A stretch of 63,574 nucleotides of DNA from a virus (taxonomy: Duplodnaviria; Caudoviricetes), in IMG/VR virus record IMGVR_UViG_3300046777_002930, positions 1-63,574 of that record; one strand, written 5' to 3'. Positions within the stretch are counted from its first letter, which is position 1, and each line of letters starts with the position of its first letter. Of the stretch, positions 39,338-49,097 are shown one piece after another. The position numbers and the translations under genes are program-made. The notes below the pieces were generated by a model. It did no database searches. It saw only the letters and a program-made list of their open reading frames with translations, and was not told the origin of the DNA.

Positions 39338-39397
39338 TTTTTTTGAAAAATCAAGCTCTATGTAAATAATATATTTAAATATAGCCTATAAATTATT

Positions 39398-39814
39398 ATG
39401 AAAATAGAAAAAGATTATCCTCATCTTGGTAGAGTATTTTTAAACTTATTGTCTTCTAATAAAGACTTCAAGGTTAGATTTGAAGCATTCGCGCCTGAAG
39501 TTTATTCAGAAGTTCAATCATACGTAACTAATCCAAATTGTACTTGTAAGGCTAAAATTTCGGAATACGTGAAAAACAATAAAGAAAAATGCGCGGATTT
39601 CGTTAATTTATTTTTATTGGAATTTGATGTCGATGTAGATCTTGATAAAATTAATTCAGAGGTAAACGCGGAAATTGGTATGGGCAGAATTATAAGAATA
39701 AAAAAATCAGAATGGGTTAATTTTAACAAAAATATGATTGATCAAGGGATTAGATATAGAGGTTTTTCTGTTGTTCCAGTTGATGACGAGCATATTGATG
39801 TATACATATTGTAA
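39398..39814 (+). CDS. hypothetical protein
   Basis: NPNCTC motif. Confidence 0.7.
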   Translation: MKIEKDYPHLGRVFLNLLSSNKDFKVRFEAFAPEVYSEVQSYVTNPNCTCKAKISEYVKNNKEKCADFVNLFLLEFDVDVDLDKINSEVNAEIGMGRIIRIKKSEWVNFNKNMIDQGIRYRGFSVVPVDDEHIDVYIL

Positions 39815-39816
39815 TT

Positions 39817-40125
39817 ATGTTATTTTTTGATATTTTAGCTTATGTAGTATTATCTATAAGCGTAAGCTTCATGTGGAGCTTCTCTGAAATATTTTCACCT
39901 GTCAGAAACCTTGTGGCGCGAATTCCATATATTAGGCGCCCATTAATATGCCCAGAATGTAGTAGTTTTTGGATGGGTTTTTTAGTTAGTTTTTTATATA
40001 ATCCTTTATTTTTAGACCTTGGAATATTGTCTTATCCTTTTTGTGGATTAGTTACGCACTTATTTGCGTGTTTTTTATATAAAAAATATTTCTCCCTTAA
40101 AAAGGGGTTAGAGTCTTTCATTTAA
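39817..40125 (+). CDS. DUF1360-like membrane protein
   Basis: LICPECSSFWMG between TM segments. Confidence 0.65.
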   Translation: MLFFDILAYVVLSISVSFMWSFSEIFSPVRNLVARIPYIRRPLICPECSSFWMGFLVSFLYNPLFLDLGILSYPFCGLVTHLFACFLYKKYFSLKKGLESFI

Positions 40126-40309
40126 TAATTATATACATATTTTAGTGTATATATATACTATGAATAAACTTGATGGAGTGGCGGCGCTTGGGATTTAGGT
40201 TGCGTTCGACCAGTTTAATTGACGTTATTTATTTGTATTTATCTTATTATTGTAACAATAATTTATTGGAGGAAGTTAGTTAAATGAATTATTTAATTTT
40301 TATAATTAG

Positions 40310-40744
40310 TTATTCAATTTCTAAATAGGTCATATATCCTTTCACCGAGGCAGCAACAATATTACCAGCCGGGACAACTTCTATAATTAGAGCCTCCCCC
40401 TCTTGTAAGTAAAATCCGGAGCTTTTTGAAAAAATTTCATAATCTCCGTATATAGCGGTTCGAGTTGTTAGATCTATAGACCTGGCGGTACTATTAATAA
40501 TGAATAAATCTGTTGAATTTGGAAGTCTTTTGTATATTCTAACGCTAGCGCTGGAGTCGATGATGGTATAATTATCATTGGTAAACTGCCAAGATAAACC
40601 CGTAATAAATTGAGTTTTTCCAGCCGGAACAGCAGTTGCTATGTAACTTTTCACAGGGGCGGCTGTAACGGTTCCACTTAAAGTTTGAAAATGAACTGTT
40701 CTACCGTATATACTTGTTGGTGTTAATAAATTTATATTTGCCAT
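40310..40744 (-). CDS. hypothetical beta-rich (virion?) protein
   Basis: MANINLL..FYLQEGEAL..YLEI. Confidence 0.65.
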   Translation of the reverse strand: MANINLLTPTSIYGRTVHFQTLSGTVTAAPVKSYIATAVPAGKTQFITGLSWQFTNDNYTIIDSSASVRIYKRLPNSTDLFIINSTARSIDLTTRTAIYGDYEIFSKSSGFYLQEGEALIIEVVPAGNIVAASVKGYMTYLEIE

Positions 40745-40755
40745 AATTTTAATAA

Positions 40756-41469
40756 TTAGTTTATAATAATATCTTTATATGTCTGCATGTTTACCTTGAG
40801 AGAGCAAACTGCCTGACTTGGATAAGGAAATGGGTTACCTGAGCTACCAGCGCTAGCATATGGTCTAAGGTAACCATATATAGCATCTCCAGGATTAAGA
40901 TAGTAGGGTACGCTTTTTAATGAAAAACTAGTGGCAAGAACTATACTTTCTGACATATTAGCAGGAACTGTACTTGAAGGAGTTGATTGTATAGCTCCCA
41001 AGTATACTAGAGATCCGTCTATAATATAACTTTCAAGTTGTAACAGCATTTCCTGACTCGTTCTCGTTGGAGTGAAAGTTAAAGCTGAACCCTTTCTAAT
41101 GAATAAGTCAACAGACATTGCATATGCGTTCAGACCTGAGATACCAGCAATACCGCTCCGCCAATATGACTCCAATCCCATGTTAGAATTGTTATCAGCA
41201 TTCGTTACTACATCTACAACGTCCATCCATTTGTATGTTTTCGCTGTTATTTCGTTAATTTTTATTATTTCTCCTTCCGAAGATGTGTTTCTAATTATTT
41301 CAGTCGGCAAGGTCAATTTTCTTTCCCCGTTAGGGTCATAGGGGTCATATGGTACTTGTATCGTTGTCGATGTTGCATTACAATAGTTGCATGACCATGT
41401 TCCGGTTTTTGGTTCTCTGATTTGATGTAAATCAACAAATTTAGTTTCAATTTTTATTGGCGTTATCAT
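40756..41469 (-). CDS. hypothetical (virion?) protein
   Basis: YYLNPGDAI resembles the neighbour's FYLQEGEAL. Confidence 0.6.
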   Translation of the reverse strand: MITPIKIETKFVDLHQIREPKTGTWSCNYCNATSTTIQVPYDPYDPNGERKLTLPTEIIRNTSSEGEIIKINEITAKTYKWMDVVDVVTNADNNSNMGLESYWRSGIAGISGLNAYAMSVDLFIRKGSALTFTPTRTSQEMLLQLESYIIDGSLVYLGAIQSTPSSTVPANMSESIVLATSFSLKSVPYYLNPGDAIYGYLRPYASAGSSGNPFPYPSQAVCSLKVNMQTYKDIIIN

Positions 41470-41990
41470 AAATAATAATTCTTAATCTCTGAATATTCAG
41501 AGTCTAATGTATCAAGGTTAAGTAAAGCTTTTACCCAAGCGTTTAAATTATTTGGAGTTATCGTAGGAGTTACGGTGGGCGTAGGAGTTACGGTGGGCGT
41601 AGGAGTTACGGTGGGCGTAGGAGTTACGGTGGGCGTAGGAGTTACGGTGGGCGTAGGAGTTACGGTGGGCGTAGGAGTTACGGTGGGCGTAGGAGTTGAT
41701 GGAGTAACTATTTTTCCCTGATAATCGGAAAGCTTTAGGGCTTGTACGCCAAGGTTTAAATCTATACAGTTTTCGGCTGTCTTATCTATAGATTTTGTTT
41801 CAAAAATATTATTTAGGAGCTGAGACGTGATAGTAATAGTAGAAGCTGATTCGTCTACCTCTGCTTGAATGCCATTAAGTAATTCGGCTCTTGTTGCGGA
41901 TGATGGAGAAATTATTCCAACATTAGAAGATAAATTAAAATTATCTCCTAGGTTATCTGCAATTGACGACAAGCTAATAAAAATCTTCAT
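41466..41990 (-). CDS. Pro/Thr-repeat protein, paralog of 12399 and 63157 ORFs
   Basis: [22 protein letters not shown] plus PTPTVT repeats. Confidence 0.72.
   Translation of the reverse strand: MKIFISLSSIADNLGDNFNLSSNVGIISPSSATRAELLNGIQAEVDESASTITITSQLLNNIFETKSIDKTAENCIDLNLGVQALKLSDYQGKIVTPSTPTPTVTPTPTVTPTPTVTPTPTVTPTPTVTPTPTVTPTPTVTPTITPNNLNAWVKALLNLDTLDSEYSEIKNYYL
41563..41697. repeat. 18-bp perfect tandem repeat (about 7 copies)
   Basis: GTAGGAGTTACGGTGGGC. Confidence 0.95.
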
Positions 41991-42106
41991 ATAAATAATA
42001 TATATGTCTTAATACACTTTTTATTTAACTAGTCTAGTAAGTTTTTTTATTCTATAAATTAAATCGATAACAGTGTATTTTTATATATAATATATAAGCA
42101 ATAAAT

Positions 42107-42919
42107 ATGTCAAAAAATAAAAACAAAACAGCGCTAAATAAAAACCAAATTACAAAAAGTGAAAAAGACAAGTCTGAGCAAATTGAAAAAAAAGATTTAT
42201 CTATTCATGTAAGCCAGCGTCCAAAGATTAATTTTAATTTAAATATTAAAGAAAGATCAGATCTAACAGAAAAACAAAAGAAAATTTTTGAAATTGCCGC
42301 TGCGAAAAATACAAAATGCGTATTTATAGATGGATTATATGGCTCTTCTAAGTCGTATTTAGCCGTGATGTCTTCATTAAAGCTTTTGAATGCTAAAAAG
42401 GTAGATGAAATTATCTTCATAAGAAATCCAGTAGAATCGTCTACTACTGGAAAGATAGGTTTTATTCCTGGAACTAGCGAAGAGAAAATGGCTCCTTATA
42501 ATGCGATACTATTTGATAAGTTAGAAGAGATGCTTTCGGAGTCTGACATCGCAAGGTTAAAAAAAGACAATAGAATAAATTGTCATCCAGTTGGATTTGT
42601 AAGGGGTCGCTCTTGGAATTGCAAAGCCGTCATAGTAGATGAGGCTTCTTCCATGACTTGGGATGATCTTTTCCTTATATTGACTAGATGCGGAGAGTTT
42701 ACAAGGATATTTTTTATAGGAGATTCTGTTAATCAAAACGACATTGGAGCTAAGTCAGGATTTAGAAAAATGTTCGACCTTTTTAATGACGAAGAGAGTA
42801 GAAATTTTGGAATTCATTGTTTCGAACTTAGGGAATACGCAGACATTGTTAGGTCTGGATTATTAAGATTTGTTATGGAAAAAACTGGTTTAATAAAAAA
42901 TCCGAATAGCGATGTATAG
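42107..42919 (+). CDS. phoH: PhoH-like ATPase
   Basis: degenerate Walker A GLYGSSKS, IGFIPG, FVRGRS, IVDEAS, LTRCG, GDSVNQND, DIVRS. Confidence 0.9.
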   Translation: MSKNKNKTALNKNQITKSEKDKSEQIEKKDLSIHVSQRPKINFNLNIKERSDLTEKQKKIFEIAAAKNTKCVFIDGLYGSSKSYLAVMSSLKLLNAKKVDEIIFIRNPVESSTTGKIGFIPGTSEEKMAPYNAILFDKLEEMLSESDIARLKKDNRINCHPVGFVRGRSWNCKAVIVDEASSMTWDDLFLILTRCGEFTRIFFIGDSVNQNDIGAKSGFRKMFDLFNDEESRNFGIHCFELREYADIVRSGLLRFVMEKTGLIKNPNSDV

Positions 42920-42935
42920 TTATTTTTTAAAAAAA

Positions 42936-43598
42936 TCAACTTATATTAAATTTATTAGCATCGAATAAATAAATAATTCTATCTGGTATATCTTTTGTTG
43001 ATTTATATTTTTCTTCGTGCATTAATTTAGACACTTTCAATTTGCTATAATCTATTTCTTTTCCGGTTTTTCTATCTAGCAAGCTAGGCCAGATCCCGTA
43101 CTTCCCCCAGTAAAGATATTTGTATAATACTATATTAGCTTTTGACGAGTATTCTTTTTTATCAACAGGTAGTTTATATTTATTTATTAATTTTATAGCC
43201 GCCTTATCACAGTCTAGCTCCATTTTTATTATGGAGGAAGAAAGATTTAATCTTTTTTTATTATTTAATAACTCGGCGTTTTTTCCTCTTTTAAAGATAT
43301 TATCAAAATTATTTATATCTGCAACTTTTTTTTGAAAATCTGTCCAGTATTTATTTTCGCTAATACATTGAAGAAAATGAGCGTATTCATGAGCAAGTAC
43401 TCCTATCCAATAGGTTGAAGAGGTATTCAAAATACATTTTATTGTCATATCGTATTCTGAAAATTCGCCGTCAGATGAATTTGAATTTAACGTAGGGTTT
43501 TTAAATATTATCCTTCCCTTATATTCTCTTAGGTGCGAGGTTACGCGTTCTATAAATTTTTCTATTTTATATTTTTTTGAAATATATTCTATTTTCAT
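42936..43598 (-). CDS. HExxH metallopeptidase-like protein
   Basis: LAHEYAHFLQ, MELDCD; start uncertain. Confidence 0.6.
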   Translation of the reverse strand: MKIEYISKKYKIEKFIERVTSHLREYKGRIIFKNPTLNSNSSDGEFSEYDMTIKCILNTSSTYWIGVLAHEYAHFLQCISENKYWTDFQKKVADINNFDNIFKRGKNAELLNNKKRLNLSSSIIKMELDCDKAAIKLINKYKLPVDKKEYSSKANIVLYKYLYWGKYGIWPSLLDRKTGKEIDYSKLKVSKLMHEEKYKSTKDIPDRIIYLFDANKFNIS

Positions 43599-43697
43599 TT
43601 TATGTAATATATTACATACATTATAGAGTTTTTGGAGTAAAAAATAGATTATTTGCAATCATTTTGATATAATATTATTATATCAAATAATAAAACT

Positions 43698-44222
43698 ATG
43701 AATCTATACTGTAAAGAATGTTTTGCCAAAATAGAATACAAATTTTCTAAGCCTAAATTTTGTCCAGAATGCGGATTGGCAATAGGAAGCGTGATTTTAA
43801 ATAAACCAGTCATAAAAAAAACCGAAACCGACGTTTCAGATTCCGATAATCTAAAAAGAATAAAAGATTTAGAAAACCAGATTCAGGCTTTAAAAAAAAT
43901 AAATAAGGTCGTTGATGAAGAAGACGAGGAGATAGATGGCGCTGAAGAAATAGCTGAAGATGATTATATTGAAATACAAAGGCATATAAATAGCTTTAAA
44001 AAATTAAAAAATAAACCGGGGGTTATCATTGAGAAAGATAATTCTCAGCAAGGGATTACATTTGGTCAATTAATCGAATCTTCGTCTAATTCGACAGCTA
44101 ATGATTTAAATGATTTTAAATTTTCCGAAGACGACAGAAAGCCTAACAAAAGTAAAGAACAAATTCTTGAAGAGCTTAGGTTAGAGGCATCCAGTTCGCC
44201 TCGCCTAATTGAAATAGATTAA
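43698..44222 (+). CDS. Zn-ribbon protein
   Basis: YCKEC..KFCPECG. Confidence 0.7.
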   Translation: MNLYCKECFAKIEYKFSKPKFCPECGLAIGSVILNKPVIKKTETDVSDSDNLKRIKDLENQIQALKKINKVVDEEDEEIDGAEEIAEDDYIEIQRHINSFKKLKNKPGVIIEKDNSQQGITFGQLIESSSNSTANDLNDFKFSEDDRKPNKSKEQILEELRLEASSSPRLIEID

Positions 44223-44229
44223 TTGTCCT

Positions 44230-44949
44230 ATGACTTTAGAGGAAGATTTTCCAAATAAAAAACCCTCATTTGAGGAATGTTTATATATAATCGATGAAGA
44301 AATATTAAAAAGAAGAGGTAAGTGGAGATTAACCGCAATAGCGTGGATGGATTTTGATGACGTGTCGCAAAAAATTAGGCTACATATTTTTAATAAATGG
44401 GATCAGTGGGATAATACTAGACCAATTAGACCTTGGCTTAATACGATTATTACGAATCAAATAACAAATTTAATTAGAAATAATTATTCTTCTTTTTCAA
44501 AGCCATGTTCTCAATGTAAACATAACTTAGGTGGAAATTTATGTGAGCTATATGTTAATCAAAATAGCTCCTGTAATATTTACGCAAAGTGGGAATCTAG
44601 CAAAAAAAGCGCTTATGATATAAAGATGCCAGTAAGCATTCATGAATATGCCAGCGAATCTAAGGACGGCTCTGTTTCTCAGTTAGAAATTAATATTCCA
44701 GACACAAATAAATATATAGATTATAGTTTTAAAATAGATATTTTTCACAAAAAAATAAAAGAAAAACTATCAGTAGTTGAGTGGAAGGTATATTCTTATC
44801 TTTACATAGATAATAAAAATGAAATAGAAACAGCCCAAGCTATGGGGTATAAAACTAGCGAAAAAAATAGATCGCCGGGCTATAAGCAGATTAAAAAAAT
44901 TAAAAATAAAATATTTAAAATTGCAAAAACTTTAGTTTTTGAAATATAA
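44230..44949 (+). CDS. RNA polymerase sigma-70-family-like factor (candidate late sigma)
   Basis: region-2-like DFDDVSQKIRLHIF..PWLNTIITNQITNLIR; region-4-like C-terminus. Confidence 0.65.
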   Translation: MTLEEDFPNKKPSFEECLYIIDEEILKRRGKWRLTAIAWMDFDDVSQKIRLHIFNKWDQWDNTRPIRPWLNTIITNQITNLIRNNYSSFSKPCSQCKHNLGGNLCELYVNQNSSCNIYAKWESSKKSAYDIKMPVSIHEYASESKDGSVSQLEINIPDTNKYIDYSFKIDIFHKKIKEKLSVVEWKVYSYLYIDNKNEIETAQAMGYKTSEKNRSPGYKQIKKIKNKIFKIAKTLVFEI

Positions 44950-44951
44950 CA

Positions 44952-46115
44952 ATGCTTGAGGATAGTAATAATTTAAAATTGACTCCAGAGCAAGAGTTGA
45001 TTATACGTGAGGCTTTTCAGGGCGGGGCTGCTCCTAATCTTTCTGAATTAACTAGGAAAGTTTTTTTAAATGATTCTCTTGATGGTAGAAGCAAAGAGGG
45101 TCGAGCTATAAAAGAATATATTTCTGAATTTCAGATTGGATCTGTAAAAGTAAATGTTATAAAAAAAATGGAACCATTTATTCTTTCTGAAGATCAAAAG
45201 AATAAAATAAAAACAGAATATAAAAAGGATGGATTTTCAGTTCTTGCTTTTACTAGAGACTTACTAGATAATCAAAATATTTCGGCATTACATTTAGAAT
45301 GTAGGACAGTTAATGATTACATAAAATTTTTAGAAAACGAAGAAGATAGGAAAAGTCTTAGATTGAGTAACTCGGGAGAATTTGAGTCAATAAATTACGA
45401 GCCTTCGTCAAATTTTAGAAGAGGCGAAACTCCAACTGAGCAGTATAGACCTCCAGCCACAATAACGCAAGCTATAGCTAGAATAAATAAATATTTAAAT
45501 TATGGATGGAAAGAAGATACTCTAAAAAGAGCGCAACTAAAATGCGTAGAATCATTATTTTCTTACCTCAAAATATTTAGATTTCTTTATCAAATAAACA
45601 ATTATTCTAGACAGGAAGATAGGGAGCTTTTTGAAGATGCGTTTATTAGATATACCCATGATAAAGATGATTTAACTCAAGAAGAGCTGGATCAATTTAT
45701 TACCTTATCTAATGAAGTGGTTATTGCCGCTGATATTCAAAGAAGAATAGAATATTTGAGGATGTCTTTAGACGATATGGCTTCCGAATCTGACGGTAAA
45801 AAAATAAGCATGAGTCTAAACGAGGCTATTAATAATGCTCAAACAGAATATAATCAATGCATTTCTAGGCAAGATAAATTATATAAAAGCTTAACAGTTA
45901 ATCGTTCGAAAAGAATAGAAGAAAAAAGAAATGAGAATGCTTCTATTCTAAATTTAGTATACGCATGGAAGCAAGAGGAAAATAGAGAAAGAATGATCGC
46001 TTTAGCAGAAAGACAGAGAGAGGCTCTAAAAGAAGAAGTGCAAAAGCTTTCTTCTGTCGATGAATTTAAGGCTATTATTCGAGGAATTGACCCAAAAGAA
46101 ATATTTAATACTTAA
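44952..46115 (+). CDS. hypothetical coiled-coil protein
   Basis: long ORF in the packaging operon. Confidence 0.7.
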   Translation: MLEDSNNLKLTPEQELIIREAFQGGAAPNLSELTRKVFLNDSLDGRSKEGRAIKEYISEFQIGSVKVNVIKKMEPFILSEDQKNKIKTEYKKDGFSVLAFTRDLLDNQNISALHLECRTVNDYIKFLENEEDRKSLRLSNSGEFESINYEPSSNFRRGETPTEQYRPPATITQAIARINKYLNYGWKEDTLKRAQLKCVESLFSYLKIFRFLYQINNYSRQEDRELFEDAFIRYTHDKDDLTQEELDQFITLSNEVVIAADIQRRIEYLRMSLDDMASESDGKKISMSLNEAINNAQTEYNQCISRQDKLYKSLTVNRSKRIEEKRNENASILNLVYAWKQEENRERMIALAERQREALKEEVQKLSSVDEFKAIIRGIDPKEIFNT

Positions 46116-46120
46116 TTATT

Positions 46121-47053
46121 ATGAATTTCTCATGTAAAGAATCTGCGTGTGGGTATTCGTGCGACAATAAAGATGATTTTATTAGTCACGTAAAAAATGC
46201 GCATGGAATTAAAATAGATCAATACTTAAAATGGAATCTAAATAAGAGAGATTTATTTACTAAAGAAATAATTGGATTCAAAAGTTTCGAGCAGTATTTA
46301 TTAACTGATTTCGTTAATAAAAAAAATATGCTATCTTGGCTTAAGTTAGAAAAAGACGGATTATCTAAAAAATTCTTATTGAATAAAATTATTGAACATT
46401 CAAAATTAAAAAGTGTATGCTATTTTCCCTCTTGTTCAGAACTTAGAACCATCTCTTATTTGCCATCAATAAAAACTTATGAATTCTTTTTTCCTGATTT
46501 AAATAGTTTTATCGAATCTACTGGACTTATAAGAAGGTTTAACTACAATAAAAATGAATTAAATTTTAATTTTATTCATAAGAAAAATATAACCATCGAT
46601 ACTAGAGAACAAAAGCCTATTAACCTTATTGATTGTGAGGTGAGTATAGAAAAACTTGAATTTGGAGATTATTCTTCAGATAGACTTTTATCAGTCGAGA
46701 GAAAGTCGTTGAGCGACCTAGTATCGACTTTGTCTTCTGGATTTGATAGATTTAATAGAGAGATTTTAAGAGCAAAAGAAGCTGGTGGATATTTAGTTGT
46801 CGTGACGGAGTGCGATATTAATAAATTTTTATCTTTTTCTTATTCTAGAACTGGAAAATTTGCAAAAGCTTCGTCAGACTTTATTTTTCATAGATTTAGA
46901 GAAGTATGTAAAAATTATCCAGATAATGTACAATTCTGTTTTTCTGGAGGTAGAAAAGAATCATCAAATTTAATTCCGAAAATACTTTCACTTGATGTTA
47001 ATGCTGCTAAATCTTTAGATTTTCAATACTTAATTGAGCAAAATCTTATTTGA
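46121..47053 (+). CDS. ERCC4-domain nuclease with N-terminal Zn finger
   Basis: IDTREQ, GDY, VERKS. Confidence 0.85.
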   Translation: MNFSCKESACGYSCDNKDDFISHVKNAHGIKIDQYLKWNLNKRDLFTKEIIGFKSFEQYLLTDFVNKKNMLSWLKLEKDGLSKKFLLNKIIEHSKLKSVCYFPSCSELRTISYLPSIKTYEFFFPDLNSFIESTGLIRRFNYNKNELNFNFIHKKNITIDTREQKPINLIDCEVSIEKLEFGDYSSDRLLSVERKSLSDLVSTLSSGFDRFNREILRAKEAGGYLVVVTECDINKFLSFSYSRTGKFAKASSDFIFHRFREVCKNYPDNVQFCFSGGRKESSNLIPKILSLDVNAAKSLDFQYLIEQNLI

Positions 47054-47055
47054 AT

Positions 47056-48987
47056 ATGTGGGAAGTTGGAAATCAAGACATAATAATTCCTGAAAGGCAC
47101 TTTAATGAAGAGCTAATAGAAATAAAAGGAGAAATGGATGATGCCACCGCAAGAATAACATTAGCAAAATTTTTAAAATCAAATATTGGACTTACTACGG
47201 AGTTGTTTTTAGGGATTAAGCTAGAAAAGTATCAAGAATTAAATATTAAGGCGATGTTTAATAGAAATTTTTCTATGCTTACATGGGGTAGAGGTGCTTC
47301 TAAGAGTTTTTGCGCAGCTGTTTTTTGTATTTTGCAATGCATATTCGAGCCAGGAACTAAGATACTGATTGCGTCTGCTAATTTTAGAACATCTAGAAGA
47401 CTATTCATGGAAATAGATAAGATGCTGAACGCAAAAGATGCAGGTTTAGCGAAGCAATGTTTTAAAGATCCAGTAAAAAGAAACGATGAGTATGTTTATC
47501 CGGTAGAGTTGCCCCACGGAGGTTCTATTACGGCGATACCACTTGGCGGAGAAAATACTAGAGGCTATCGCGCTTCTGTTCTTATTATTGACGAGTTTTT
47601 ATTAATGCCGAAAGATATCGTTGAGAGAGTTTTAATGCCGTTTATGAGTTCTCCATTAGATGTTGCTGAAAGAATTAGAGTTAGAGAAGTAGAGGATCAG
47701 ATGATTAAAGCTGGAAGAATGCAAGAAAAAGATAGGACTGTTTTTAAAAACGTCAATAAAATGATAACGTTAAGTTCTGCTAGTTATACTTTTGAATATC
47801 TTTTTGAACTTTATTCTATATGGTCTGATATTATCAGGGATCCTAATCTTCTTAATGATTCTGAAAAAGTTGGAGAAGATAGAATGGAAGCTATGAAAAA
47901 TTCTACCTACTTCGTTTCTCAAATGAGTTACGAATCTCTTCCGGAACACATGATTGACCAAGGTGTTATTCAATTAGCTAAAAGCGGTGGCATTAGCCAC
48001 TCTGCCTTCCTTAGAGAGTATTGTGCTAGATTTGTGGATGGTGGAGATGGTTATTTTTCTCCTAAAAAAATGACGCTTTGCACTGTTCCTAATGGTCAGT
48101 ATCCAACTACTAAAATAGTTGGAGATAAGGATAAAAAATATGTTTTAGCTATTGATCCAAGCTTTAGTGCGTCCAAAAGTTCTGACTATTTTGCAATGGC
48201 GGTTATGGAATTAAATGAGGAAGATGGAACTTCTATTTATGTTCACGGATATCAGAAAGCAGGAGCAAGCGTACAGGATCATATTAAGTATTTTTATTAC
48301 TTGCTAACTCATTTTAATATAAAAATGGTTATTATTGATAACGCAGGAGGCGATCAGTTCATAGAGGCAGCTAATGGGTCGGCTATTTTTAAATCAAAAA
48401 ATATGAAGGTCGGCTTTTTTGAATTTAATTCCGATAAAGAGGGGGATGAGTATATAGAGATGCTTAAGGAGGCAAAAACGCAATACAATTCGGATACCGG
48501 AACAATATGTGTCAAGCAGTATTTTACGTCTTCTTTTATTGGAAGAGCTAACAGCTATCTTCAAAGTTGTATAGATCATAAAAGGGTTTGGTTTGCAAGC
48601 GCTTCTTGCGCGCATCCAGATATTGTTAATCAAATGTTTAGCTTAAACATTCCAATAGACTATATTTATCCAAAAGGTATAGACGACGCTCCTGAAGACG
48701 CTATTGAAAGAGCAAAGCTTGGCGTTAGGGATTTTATGGAGCAACAGGATTTTATAATAAAAGATACAAAAGATCAATGCGCTTTGATTCAAGTTTCTTC
48801 AACGGCTCGTGGAACACAGAGCTTTGACCTGCCTGCTCATTTAAGAAGATTAACGACTGCTAATAAGCCAAGAAAAGATAACTATTCAGCATTAATGCTT
48901 GGAAACTGGGCGGTTAAAGTTTTTTTCGACTTAAACTCCGATAAGGCTGAAAAGCCTAAGTATAATTTTACACCCTTTTTTCTATAA
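47056..48987 (+). CDS. terminase large subunit
   Basis: GRGASKS Walker A, RGYRA, LIIDE Walker B, REYCARF, LAIDP RNase-H domain, KDNYSA. Confidence 0.9.
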   Translation: MWEVGNQDIIIPERHFNEELIEIKGEMDDATARITLAKFLKSNIGLTTELFLGIKLEKYQELNIKAMFNRNFSMLTWGRGASKSFCAAVFCILQCIFEPGTKILIASANFRTSRRLFMEIDKMLNAKDAGLAKQCFKDPVKRNDEYVYPVELPHGGSITAIPLGGENTRGYRASVLIIDEFLLMPKDIVERVLMPFMSSPLDVAERIRVREVEDQMIKAGRMQEKDRTVFKNVNKMITLSSASYTFEYLFELYSIWSDIIRDPNLLNDSEKVGEDRMEAMKNSTYFVSQMSYESLPEHMIDQGVIQLAKSGGISHSAFLREYCARFVDGGDGYFSPKKMTLCTVPNGQYPTTKIVGDKDKKYVLAIDPSFSASKSSDYFAMAVMELNEEDGTSIYVHGYQKAGASVQDHIKYFYYLLTHFNIKMVIIDNAGGDQFIEAANGSAIFKSKNMKVGFFEFNSDKEGDEYIEMLKEAKTQYNSDTGTICVKQYFTSSFIGRANSYLQSCIDHKRVWFASASCAHPDIVNQMFSLNIPIDYIYPKGIDDAPEDAIERAKLGVRDFMEQQDFIIKDTKDQCALIQVSSTARGTQSFDLPAHLRRLTTANKPRKDNYSALMLGNWAVKVFFDLNSDKAEKPKYNFTPFFL

Positions 48988-49097
48988 AACGTGTAGAATT
49001 ATACAATAATATAATTAAAAAAATATCTTATATTGTCCATAAAAATAATGTTTAATATTTAAACTTAAAAATAAAGACAAGCTGATCCTTTAATATC